A DNA stretch of 32,000 bases from Pseudomonas aeruginosa. Lineage in GTDB: Bacteria > Pseudomonadota > Gammaproteobacteria > Pseudomonadales > Pseudomonadaceae. Shown in pieces: positions 1 to 8,666 of this stretch. Made by a program: the position numbers and the translations under genes. The first letter of the stretch is position 1. Every line of letters begins with the position of its first letter. The DNA lies in the NCBI RefSeq assembly GCF_001457615.1, contig NZ_LN831024.1, positions 5,130,001 through 5,162,000 on the forward strand, in the 5' to 3' direction. Below the pieces are notes generated by a model, which saw only the letters and a list, made by a program, of their open reading frames with translations, had not been told where the DNA came from and searched no databases.

Positions 1-1
1 C

Positions 2-970
2 TCGAACAAGGAGACTGTCGACGAGAACCTGAGCGAGAGCCAGCTGTACCAGCAGGCGCAGGACGACCTCAACAACAAGAGCTACAACAGCGCCGTCACC
101 AAGCTGAAAGCCCTCGAGTCGCGCTATCCCTTCGGCCGCTACGCCGAGCAGGCCCAGCTCGAGCTGATCTACGCCAACTACAAGAACATGGAGCCCGAAG
201 CCGCCCGCGCCGCCGCCGAACGCTTCATCCGCCTGCATCCGCAGCACCCCAACGTCGACTACGCCTACTACCTCAAGGGCCTGTCCTCCTTCGACCAGGA
301 CCGCGGCCTGCTGGCGCGCTTCCTGCCGCTGGACATGACCAAGCGCGACCCGGGCGCCGCCCGCGACTCCTTCAACGAGTTCGCCCAGCTCACCAGCCGC
401 TTCCCCAACAGCCGCTACGCCCCGGACGCCAAGGCGCGCATGGTGTACCTGCGCAACCTGCTGGCGGCCTACGAAGTGCACGTCGGCCACTACTACCTGA
501 AGCGCCAGGCCTATGTCGCCGCCGCCAACCGCGGTCGCTACGTGGTGGAGAACTTCCAGGAAACCCCGGCAGTCGGCGATGGCCTGGCGATCATGGTCGA
601 AGCCTACCGTCGCCTGGGTCTCGACGACCTGGCCAGCACCAGCCTGGAAACCCTCAAGCTGAACTATCCGGATAACGCCAGCCTCAAGGATGGCGAGTTC
701 GTCGCCCGCGAAAGCGAGGCCGACACCCGCTCCTGGCTGGCCAAGGCCACCCTGGGCCTGATCGAGGGCGGCGAGCCGCCGCCGCACATGGAAACCCAGG
801 CCGCCAAGGACGTGATCAAGCAGTACGAGGATGCCGAGCGGGAGATCCCCGCCGAACTGAAGCCGGAAAACCAGGATCACAGCGCCGACGACGAGAAGCC
901 GGAGAGCGATGACGACGAAGACTCCGGCCGCTCCTGGTGGAGCTACATGACCTTCGGTCTCTTCGACTGA
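2..970 (+). CDS. bamD: Outer membrane protein assembly factor BamD (ComL), 5' truncated by window edge
   Basis: Frame is open from base 2 ([61 protein letters not shown]...) with TPR-like BamD sequence; stop TGA at 968-970. Confidence 0.95.
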
Positions 971-984
971 TCGCACGAAACACC

Positions 985-1013
985 GAAGGGAGGCGCAGGC
1001 CTCCCTTCTTTTT
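985..1013 (+). terminator. Rho-independent terminator of bamD
   Basis: Perfect 9-bp stem GAAGGGAGG (985-993) / CCTCCCTTC (1000-1008), followed by TTTTT. Confidence 0.85.
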
Positions 1014-1126
1014 GCCCGCCGCCATGCCTCTCCCAGCGCCAAACGCCGCACAGCCTGGACCTTCCCGGCTGGGATCGAGCCGGCGGCTTGGCTAAACTGC
1101 AGCTTTCTCCAGCCTCCGAGATCACC

Positions 1127-1372
1127 ATGGGCCTTTTCCGCCTCCTGTTCTGGATCGCCCTGATCGCCATCGCGTTCTGGCTCTGGCGTCGCTTTACCCG
1201 TCCCACTCCGCGCCAGCAGCAACGTCCGCAGGACGAGCCGAGCGCATCGCCGATGGTCCGCTGCGCCCATTGCGGCGTCCACGTGCCGCAGGCCAACGCC
1301 CTCGCCCACGAACAACGCTGGTATTGCAGCCAGGCGCACCTGCGCCAGGACCAGGGCGACCGTGCGCGCTGA
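1127..1372 (+). CDS. Small protein with one N-terminal hydrophobic segment and a C-x2-C...C zinc-ribbon-like motif (PP0621-like hypothetical)
   Basis: MGLFRLLFWIALIAIAFWLW... followed by CAHCGVHVPQANALAHEQRWYCSQAH. The internal ATG at 1127 is preferred over the 1088 start. It overlaps the pilS start by 11 nt. Confidence 0.75.
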   Translation: MGLFRLLFWIALIAIAFWLWRRFTRPTPRQQQRPQDEPSASPMVRCAHCGVHVPQANALAHEQRWYCSQAHLRQDQGDRAR

Positions 1373-2954
1373 ACGGCTACGGCTGAGCGAGGAGCAGGGG
1401 CAACGCATCCTCCGTCTGTACCACCTGTACCGCCTGACCATCGGCCTGGTACTGGTCCTGCTGATCTCCAGCGAACTGGAAGATCAGGTCCTCAAGCTCG
1501 TCCACCCTGAACTGTTCCATGTCGGCAGTTGGTGCTACCTGGTCTTCAACATCCTGGTCGCGCTGTTCCTGCCGCCGTCACGGCAATTGCTGCCGATCTT
1601 CATCCTCGCGCTCACCGACGTACTGATGCTTTGCGGCCTGTTCTACGCAGGTGGCGGCGTACCCAGCGGCATCGGCAGCCTGCTGGTGGTGGCGGTGGCC
1701 ATTGCCAACATCCTGCTGCGCGGGCGCATCGGCCTGGTCATCGCGGCGGCGGCCAGCCTCGGCCTGCTCTACCTGACCTTCTTCCTCAGCCTGAGCAGTC
1801 CGGACGCCACCAACCACTACGTCCAGGCCGGCGGCCTCGGCACCCTGTGCTTCGCCGCCGCGCTGGTGATCCAGGCTCTGGTGCGGCGCCAGGAGCAGAC
1901 CGAAACGCTGGCCGAAGAACGCGCCGAGACGGTCGCCAACCTGGAGGAACTCAACGCATTGATCCTGCAGCGCATGCGCACCGGCATCCTCGTGGTCGAT
2001 AGCCGTCAGGCCATCCTCCTCGCCAACCAGGCCGCCCTCGGCCTGCTCAGGCAGGACGACGTGCAGGGCGCCAGCCTGGGCCGCCACAGCCCGATGCTGA
2101 TGCACTGCATGAAGCAATGGCGCCTGAATCCCAGCCTCCGTCCGCCGACGCTCAAGGTGGTGCCGGATGGCCCGACGGTGCAACCCAGCTTTATCAGCCT
2201 CAACCGCGAAGACGACCAGCACGTGCTGATCTTCCTCGAAGACATTTCGCAGATCGCCCAGCAGGCGCAGCAGATGAAGCTGGCCGGTCTCGGCCGCCTG
2301 ACCGCCGGCATCGCCCATGAGATCCGCAACCCGCTGGGCGCGATCAGCCACGCCGCCCAACTGCTGCAGGAGTCAGAGGAACTGGATGCCCCGGACCGAC
2401 GCCTGACGCAGATCATCCAGGACCAGTCGAAGCGGATGAACCTGGTCATCGAGAACGTCCTGCAGCTCTCCCGTCGCCGCCAGGCCGAACCGCAGCAGCT
2501 CGACCTGAAGGAGTGGCTTCAGCGGTTCGTCGACGAATATCCCGGCAGGCTGCGCAACGACAGCGAACTGCACCTGCAGCTCGGTGCCGGCGACATCCAG
2601 ACCCGCATGGACCCACACCAGTTGAACCAGGTGCTGAGCAACCTGGTGCAGAACGGTCTTCGCTACAGCGCCCAGGCGCACGGGCGCGGCCAGGTCTGGC
2701 TGAGCCTCGCGCGCGACCCGGAGAGCGACCTGCCGGTGCTGGAAGTCATCGACGACGGTCCCGGCGTACCGGCGGACAAACTGAACAACCTGTTCGAACC
2801 CTTCTTTACTACAGAAAGCAAAGGCACCGGCCTGGGCCTCTATCTCTCCCGCGAACTCTGCGAGAGCAACCAGGCACGGATCGACTACCGCAATCGCGAG
2901 GAAGGCGGCGGCTGCTTCCGCATCACCTTCGCCCACCCGCGCAAACTCAGCTGA
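1362..2954 (+). CDS. pilS: Sensor histidine kinase PilS (type IV pilus two-component system)
   Basis: N-terminal transmembrane segments, a PAS-like region, HisKA motif AGIAHEIRNPLGAISH, and N/G-box ATPase motifs (NLVQNGLRYS, VIDDGPGV, GTGLGLYLSR). Followed directly by pilR. Confidence 0.97.
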   Translation: MRAERLRLSEEQGQRILRLYHLYRLTIGLVLVLLISSELEDQVLKLVHPELFHVGSWCYLVFNILVALFLPPSRQLLPIFILALTDVLMLCGLFYAGGGVPSGIGSLLVVAVAIANILLRGRIGLVIAAAASLGLLYLTFFLSLSSPDATNHYVQAGGLGTLCFAAALVIQALVRRQEQTETLAEERAETVANLEELNALILQRMRTGILVVDSRQAILLANQAALGLLRQDDVQGASLGRHSPMLMHCMKQWRLNPSLRPPTLKVVPDGPTVQPSFISLNREDDQHVLIFLEDISQIAQQAQQMKLAGLGRLTAGIAHEIRNPLGAISHAAQLLQESEELDAPDRRLTQIIQDQSKRMNLVIENVLQLSRRRQAEPQQLDLKEWLQRFVDEYPGRLRNDSELHLQLGAGDIQTRMDPHQLNQVLSNLVQNGLRYSAQAHGRGQVWLSLARDPESDLPVLEVIDDGPGVPADKLNNLFEPFFTTESKGTGLGLYLSRELCESNQARIDYRNREEGGGCFRITFAHPRKLS

Positions 2955-2968
2955 CGGAAGCCGCACGC

Positions 2969-4306
2969 ATGAGCCGACAAAAAGCCCTGATCGTCGACGA
3001 TGAACCGGATATCCGCGAACTGCTGGAAATCACTCTCGGCCGCATGAAGCTGGACACCCGCAGCGCCCGCAACGTCAAGGAAGCCCGCGAGTTGCTGGCC
3101 CGCGAGCCGTTCGACCTGTGCCTCACCGACATGCGCCTGCCGGACGGCAGCGGCCTCGATCTGGTCCAGTACATCCAGCAGCGCCATCCACAGACCCCGG
3201 TGGCCATGATCACCGCGTACGGCAGCCTGGACACCGCGATCCAGGCGCTCAAGGCCGGTGCCTTCGACTTCCTCACCAAACCGGTCGACCTCGGTCGCTT
3301 GCGGGAGCTGGTGGCAACCGCCCTGCGCTTGCGCAACCCGGAAGCCGAGGAAGCGCCGGTGGACAACCGCCTGCTCGGCGAGTCGCCGCCGATGCGCGCC
3401 CTGCGCAACCAGATCGGCAAGCTGGCGCGCAGCCAGGCGCCGGTCTACATCAGTGGCGAGTCCGGTAGCGGCAAGGAGCTGGTGGCGCGCCTGATCCACG
3501 AGCAGGGGCCACGTATCGAGCGGCCGTTCGTGCCGGTGAACTGCGGCGCGATTCCCTCCGAACTGATGGAAAGCGAGTTCTTCGGCCACAAGAAAGGCAG
3601 CTTCACTGGCGCTATCGAAGACAAGCAGGGCCTGTTCCAGGCCGCCAGCGGCGGCACCCTGTTCCTCGACGAAGTCGCCGACCTGCCGATGGCCATGCAG
3701 GTCAAACTGCTCCGTGCGATCCAGGAAAAGGCCGTGCGCGCGGTCGGCGGCCAGCAGGAGGTCGCCGTCGACGTGCGCATCCTCTGCGCCACCCACAAGG
3801 ACCTCGCCGCCGAAGTCGGCGCCGGGCGCTTCCGCCAGGACCTCTACTACCGCCTCAACGTCATCGAGCTGCGCGTACCACCGCTGCGCGAACGCCGCGA
3901 GGACATCCCGCTGCTCGCCGAACGCATCCTCAAGCGCCTGGCCGGCGACACCGGCCTGCCGGCCGCCAGGCTGACCGGCGACGCACAGGAAAAGCTGAAG
4001 AACTACCGCTTCCCGGGCAACGTCCGCGAGCTGGAAAACATGCTGGAGCGCGCCTATACCCTGTGCGAAGACGACCAGATCCAGCCTCACGACCTGCGCC
4101 TGGCCGATGCGCCGGGTGCCAGCCAGGAAGGCGCCGCGAGCCTGAGCGAAATCGACAACCTCGAGGACTACCTGGAAGACATCGAGCGCAAGCTGATCAT
4201 GCAGGCACTCGAGGAGACCCGCTGGAACCGCACCGCCGCGGCCCAGCGCCTGGGCCTGACGTTCCGCTCGATGCGCTACCGCCTGAAAAAGCTGGGCATC
4301 GACTGA
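2969..4306 (+). CDS. pilR: Sigma-54-dependent response regulator PilR
   Basis: Receiver domain (MSRQKALIVDDEPDIRE...), AAA+ Walker A GESGSGKE, GSFTGA loop, and a Fis-type HTH (ALEETRWNRTAAAQRLGLTFRSMRYRLKKLGID). 445 aa. Confidence 0.97.
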   Translation: MSRQKALIVDDEPDIRELLEITLGRMKLDTRSARNVKEARELLAREPFDLCLTDMRLPDGSGLDLVQYIQQRHPQTPVAMITAYGSLDTAIQALKAGAFDFLTKPVDLGRLRELVATALRLRNPEAEEAPVDNRLLGESPPMRALRNQIGKLARSQAPVYISGESGSGKELVARLIHEQGPRIERPFVPVNCGAIPSELMESEFFGHKKGSFTGAIEDKQGLFQAASGGTLFLDEVADLPMAMQVKLLRAIQEKAVRAVGGQQEVAVDVRILCATHKDLAAEVGAGRFRQDLYYRLNVIELRVPPLRERREDIPLLAERILKRLAGDTGLPAARLTGDAQEKLKNYRFPGNVRELENMLERAYTLCEDDQIQPHDLRLADAPGASQEGAASLSEIDNLEDYLEDIERKLIMQALEETRWNRTAAAQRLGLTFRSMRYRLKKLGID

Positions 4307-4311
4307 AAGTG

Positions 4312-4339
4312 AAAAGGCCTGTCCGAAGACAGGCCTTTT
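4312..4339 (+). terminator. Terminator between the convergent genes pilR and thiO, possibly bidirectional
   Basis: Perfect 12-bp stem AAAAGGCCTGTC / GACAGGCCTTTT with CGAA loop, and A/T tracts on both sides. Confidence 0.85.
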
Positions 4340-4351
4340 GGTTTTCGCTCC

Positions 4352-5446
4352 TCAGAGGCGACCAGCCGGGGCGTAGGGGGCCGGGTCGATGATCGGTTCC
4401 CGCCCGCTCATGAGATCCGCCAGCAGACGGCACGACGCCGGCGCCAGGACCAGCCCGTTGCGGTAGTGCCCGGTATTCAGCCAGAGCCCGTCGAAGCCAG
4501 GCACCGGACCGATATAGGGGATGCCTTCGGGAGAGCCCGGGCGCAACCCTGCCCAGTGGGCCACCGGCTGCATGTCCGCCAGTTCCGGCAACAGTTCTGC
4601 CGCAGACGCCCTGAGGCTTTCCTGCGCCTCGTCGGTCGGCGTCTTGTCGAAGCCCGAATGTTCCAAGGTGCTGCCGATCAGGATGTGGCCGTCGCGCCGC
4701 GGAATCGCGTAGCGCCCCTTGGCCAGCACCATGCGCGGCAGGAAATCCGCCGCGCACTTGTAGAGGATCATCTGACCTTTCACCGGTACCACGGGCAGTT
4801 CCAGGCCAAGCGGCTTCAACAACTCGCCGCTCCAGGCGCCCGCCGCCAGCAGCACCTTGTCGCCACGGATCTCGCCACGCGAAGTCGCCACGCCGACCAC
4901 TCGATCGCCGTCGCGCAACCAGCCGCGCACCTCCGTCTGTTCATGCAGTTCGAGATTGGCGAATTGTTGCAGGGATGCCCGCAATGAGCGCGCCAGGCGA
5001 GGATTGCGCACATTGGCCACGCCCGACATGTAGACCGCCCGCTGGAAGCCTGCGCCCAGCCCGGGCACCGCCGCGTAGGCCTCCTCGATCGGCACGTCCC
5101 TCAACGGCCGGGTGTGGTTGCGTGCCCACTGCAGTGCCTCGGTCTGGTCGTCCAGGTCCAGCCAGTACAGGCCAACGGTATGGACCTCGGGATCGAGCCC
5201 GGTCTCGTCGAGCAAACGCTGCCCCAGGGCCGGGTAGAAGTCCTGCGACCAGTGCGCCAGGGCGGTCACCGCCGGGCTGTAGCGCCACGGATAGAGCGGC
5301 GAGACGATCCCGCCTCCCGCCCAGGATGCCTCACGCCCACTCTCGCCCCGCTCCACCAGGGTCACCCGCAGTCCGGCGAGCGCCAGCTCCCGGGCGGTCA
5401 ACAGGCCGATGACGCCAGCGCCCACTACCACAACTCTTTCCGACAC
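4352..5446 (-). CDS. thiO: FAD-dependent glycine/D-amino-acid oxidase, ThiO type
   Basis: (M)SERVVVVGAGVIGLLTARELALAGLRVTLVERG (Rossmann FAD motif) and WAGLRPGSPEGIPYIGPVPG..GLWLNTGHYRNGLVLAP. The GTG at 5446-5444 has GGAGG upstream and gives 364 aa. Confidence 0.85.
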   Translation of the reverse strand: MSERVVVVGAGVIGLLTARELALAGLRVTLVERGESGREASWAGGGIVSPLYPWRYSPAVTALAHWSQDFYPALGQRLLDETGLDPEVHTVGLYWLDLDDQTEALQWARNHTRPLRDVPIEEAYAAVPGLGAGFQRAVYMSGVANVRNPRLARSLRASLQQFANLELHEQTEVRGWLRDGDRVVGVATSRGEIRGDKVLLAAGAWSGELLKPLGLELPVVPVKGQMILYKCAADFLPRMVLAKGRYAIPRRDGHILIGSTLEHSGFDKTPTDEAQESLRASAAELLPELADMQPVAHWAGLRPGSPEGIPYIGPVPGFDGLWLNTGHYRNGLVLAPASCRLLADLMSGREPIIDPAPYAPAGRL

Positions 5447-5580
5447 CAGGGCCTCCACGATCACACAGGGGTTGCAGAAAAGTCGGTCATACGCCTCATC
5501 CCGCAGCTGATTGAGGCAACGGGGAAAATCCGGCGAGATACGACCGTCGCGGAATGATACGAGCAAAAGGACCGCCTGCC

Positions 5581-6090
5581 ATGGTCGAAAGGTCGCAGAG
5601 AGCGTTGACGCTCACCGAGCTGCTGTTTGCGCTGGTTCTGCTGGGAATACTGGGAAGCCTGGCGCTGCCTGGGATGGCAGCCTGGCTGGACGGCAATCGC
5701 GAGCGAAGTGTGTTGCACGAGCTGAGCGCGAGCATCCAGCTGGGCAGAACCCATGCCGTCGCCTACCAGCGCCCGGTGACGCTCTGTCCGTCGACCGATG
5801 GCCGTCACTGCGGCAGCGACTGGGGAGAGGGCTGGCTGCTTGCGGAAGACGGTGGGGAACGGCTTCTCGTGGGACGCGCGCTTGCAAAGAAGGAAAGGCT
5901 CCGCTGGAACCGTTCGAACCGCCTCAGGTTCCTCCCCAGCGGCCAGCTCAACATTCACAACGGGCGGTTTCTGCTCTGCGGAAGGCATACCGTTGCCTGG
6001 CAACTGATCCTCAACCGGCAGGGCCGGCTCCGTACCGCGAGCGCCAGGGAGAACCGGGAGAAACGTGAGCTATGCAGCACTTCCGGATGA
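5581..6090 (+). CDS. fimT: Minor pseudopilin FimT
   Basis: 169 aa; N-terminal prepilin-like segment (RALTLTELLFALVLLGILGSLALPG) and a GspH/FimT-like C-terminal region; first gene of the minor pilin cluster. Confidence 0.9.
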   Translation: MVERSQRALTLTELLFALVLLGILGSLALPGMAAWLDGNRERSVLHELSASIQLGRTHAVAYQRPVTLCPSTDGRHCGSDWGEGWLLAEDGGERLLVGRALAKKERLRWNRSNRLRFLPSGQLNIHNGRFLLCGRHTVAWQLILNRQGRLRTASARENREKRELCSTSG

Positions 6091-6195
6091 TCATGGACCA
6101 GTTGTCCTGCCCCACGGGCCGACCGTCAACGACCGCAAGACGCTCCCAGGCCCGTTTGGCATGCTTTCCAGGCGTAGACCCCCTGGAGCAACCGC

Positions 6196-6702
6196 ATGTC
6201 ATATCGTTCCAACTCGACCGGCTTCACCCTGATCGAGTTGCTGATCATCGTCGTCCTGCTGGCCATCATGGCGAGCTTCGCCATTCCGAACTTCAAGCAG
6301 CTGACAGAACGCAACGAACTGCAGAGCGCCGCCGAGGAACTCAATGCGATGCTGCAGTACGCTCGCAGCGAAGCCGTGTCCCAGAGGCGCGCGATCAGCA
6401 TCCAGGCGCTGAAGGACAAGGACTGGGGCAAGGGCCTGAGCATAGGTGTCCTGGCCTCAGGCTCGATCGCCGCGCCCCTGCGCAAACACGACGGCTTCCG
6501 TGCCGCCACGCTGACAGCGAAGGAAAAGAGCGCCGTGGAACATCTGACCTTCACGGCCAACGGTACCCTCGTACCGCCAACGGAACGAACCTTCGCCATC
6601 TGCCAGAACGGCAAGACCGACGGGGGCCGCGTGCTGAGCATCAGCCAGGCCGGCCGGATCCAACTCGAACCTTCCTCCAAGGCGCCCCAGTCATGCTATT
6701 GA
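6196..6702 (+). CDS. fimU: Minor pilin FimU
   Basis: MSYRSNSTGFTLIELLIIVVLLAIMASFAIPNF is a canonical prepilin peptide; 168 aa. Confidence 0.95.
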   Translation: MSYRSNSTGFTLIELLIIVVLLAIMASFAIPNFKQLTERNELQSAAEELNAMLQYARSEAVSQRRAISIQALKDKDWGKGLSIGVLASGSIAAPLRKHDGFRAATLTAKEKSAVEHLTFTANGTLVPPTERTFAICQNGKTDGGRVLSISQAGRIQLEPSSKAPQSCY

Positions 6703-7250
6703 AATCGCGACACAGGTCGCTGCACCAATCCGGCTTCAGCATGATCGAAGTGCTGGTCGCCCTGCTGCTTATCAGCATCGGCGTGCTGGGCATGATCGCC
6801 ATGCAGGGCAAGACCATCCAGTACACCGCCGACTCGGTCGAGCGCAACAAGGCAGCCATGCTCGGCAGCAACCTGCTGGAAAGCATGCGGGCGAGCCCGA
6901 AGGCGCTGTACGACGTCAAGGACCAGATGGCCACGCAATCCGACTTCTTCAAGGCCAAGGGGTCGGCGTTCCCCACCGCGCCGTCCTCCTGCACGCCATT
7001 GCCCGACGCGATCAAGGACCGCCTGGGATGCTGGGCGGAACAGGTGAAGAACGAACTGCCAGGCGCTGGCGACCTGCTGAAGAGCGACTACTACATCTGC
7101 CGCAGCTCGAAGCCGGGCGACTGCGACGGCAAGGGCTCCATGCTGGAAATCCGCCTTGCCTGGCGCGGCAAGCAAGGCGCCTGCGTCAACGCCGCCGACA
7201 GCAGCGCCGACACCTCCCTCTGCTACTACACCCTCAGGGTCGAGCCATGA
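6693..7250 (+). CDS. pilV: Minor pilin PilV
   Basis: MLLKSRHRSLHQSGFSMIEVLVALLLISIGVLGM; 185 aa; overlaps the fimU 3' end. Confidence 0.95.
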   Translation: MLLKSRHRSLHQSGFSMIEVLVALLLISIGVLGMIAMQGKTIQYTADSVERNKAAMLGSNLLESMRASPKALYDVKDQMATQSDFFKAKGSAFPTAPSSCTPLPDAIKDRLGCWAEQVKNELPGAGDLLKSDYYICRSSKPGDCDGKGSMLEIRLAWRGKQGACVNAADSSADTSLCYYTLRVEP

Positions 7251-8071
7251 GCATGAACAACCGCTCCCGACGGCAATCGGGCCTGTCCATGATCGAACTA
7301 CTGGTGGCCCTCGCCATCAGCAGCTTCCTGATTCTCGGGATTACCCAGATCTACCTGGACAACAAGCGCAACTACCTGTTCCAGCAAGGCCAGGCAGGCA
7401 ACCAGGAAAACGGACGCTTCGCCATGATGTTCCTGGACCAGCAACTGGCCAAGGTGGGTTTCCGTAGGCGTGCGGACGACCCCAACGAGTTTGCCTTCCC
7501 GGCGCAGCAGAAAACCGCCTATTGCGAGGCATTCAAAGCCGGCTCGACTCTGGTGCCCGCCGTGGTCAAGGCCGGCCAGAGCGGATTCTGCTACCGCTAT
7601 CAACCGGCGCCAGGCGAAGCCTACGACTGCGAAGGCAACTCGCTCACCCCCCCTAGCGATCCCTTCGCTACCGCCCAGGCCATCACCGCACGCGTTCTGT
7701 TCGTTCCCGCGACCGCCGATGTCCCCGGCAGCCTCGCCTGCTCCGCGCAGACAATCAAGGAAAAAGGCCAGGAGATCGTCAGCGGCCTGGTCGACTTCAA
7801 GCTCGAGTACGGCGTCGGCCCGACCATGGCCGGCAAACGCGAGGTGGAAAGCTTCGTCGAACAGGCCAACATCGCCGACCGTCCGGTGCGTGCCCTGCGC
7901 TACTCCGCGCTGATGGCCAGCGACAAGAACCTGCGCCAGGGCGACAGCAAGACCCTGGACGATTGGATCACGCTCTACCCCTCGTCCAAGACCAGCCTGC
8001 AAGGCAACGACAAGGACCGCCTCTACCAGATCGCCAAGGGCAGCCAGACACTCAGGAATCTCGTGCCATGA
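7247..8071 (+). CDS. pilW: Minor pilin PilW
   Basis: MSMNNRSRRQSGLSMIELLVALAISSFLILG; 274 aa; ATGA overlap with pilV. Confidence 0.95.
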   Translation: MSMNNRSRRQSGLSMIELLVALAISSFLILGITQIYLDNKRNYLFQQGQAGNQENGRFAMMFLDQQLAKVGFRRRADDPNEFAFPAQQKTAYCEAFKAGSTLVPAVVKAGQSGFCYRYQPAPGEAYDCEGNSLTPPSDPFATAQAITARVLFVPATADVPGSLACSAQTIKEKGQEIVSGLVDFKLEYGVGPTMAGKREVESFVEQANIADRPVRALRYSALMASDKNLRQGDSKTLDDWITLYPSSKTSLQGNDKDRLYQIAKGSQTLRNLVP

Positions 8072-8655
8072 ACAACTTCCCTGCACAACAGCGCGGCGCC
8101 ACGCTGGTCATCGCCCTGGCGATCCTGGTGATCGTCACCCTGCTGGCGGTCTCGAGCATGCGCGAAGTGGTACTGGAAAGCCGCATCACCGGCAACGTCA
8201 TCGAACAGACTCGCTTGCAGAACGCCGCCGAGTCCGGACTCCGCGAAGGCGAGCGGCGCTTCGTCAACACCCTGCGTCCGCCGGAGCCCGGCACCGGTTG
8301 TACGGCCGACAACGTGGCCCGCCCCTGCCTGCTGGACCTCGCCGCGCTGAACCTGAAGCTGGCGGACACCCACCAGAATCCGGTCGGCGTGCTGAAGGGC
8401 ATCGCCAATACCTGGATGAGTTACCGCGGCAGCGACATCAGCAGCGCGACCACCGCGGGCACGCTCTACAGCGTGCAGTGGAACAACCTGCCCATTCCCT
8501 CGGGCGGCCAGGTCAACGAAGCGGAAAGCCCCGAATACGGCAACCTGATGCGCGGCATCGGCACCTTCTACTACGAGACCAATAGCGTCGCGCGCAACCA
8601 GACCAACAGCGAAACCGTCCTGCAGACCGTTCTCGCCCGTCTCTATACCAACTGA
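8068..8655 (+). CDS. pilX: Minor pilin PilX (GspK-like)
   Basis: MNNFPAQQRGATLVIALAILVIVTLLAVSSMREVVLE; 195 aa; ATGA overlap with pilW. Confidence 0.95.
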   Translation: MNNFPAQQRGATLVIALAILVIVTLLAVSSMREVVLESRITGNVIEQTRLQNAAESGLREGERRFVNTLRPPEPGTGCTADNVARPCLLDLAALNLKLADTHQNPVGVLKGIANTWMSYRGSDISSATTAGTLYSVQWNNLPIPSGGQVNEAESPEYGNLMRGIGTFYYETNSVARNQTNSETVLQTVLARLYTN

Positions 8656-8666
8656 TCGAGCCTCGC

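Noticed and set aside
2885-4090. 401-aa minus-strand ORF antisense to pilR (also 1578-2360 and 2373-2966 opposite pilS)
   Set aside because: Complementary-strand artefacts of codon bias. Sense strand encodes full-length PilS and PilR.
5447-5566. Extended 404-aa N-terminus for ThiO (track ORF start at 5566)
   Set aside because: The first 40 residues precede the FAD-binding beta strand and are not domain-like. The GTG at 5446 has a good RBS and starts right before VVVVGAG.
6130-6170. Possible sigma-54 or AlgR site upstream of fimU (GTTTGGCATGC)
   Set aside because: GG/GC spacing does not fit sigma-54. The AlgR resemblance is too weak to claim without a matrix or footprint data, although AlgR control of this operon is known.
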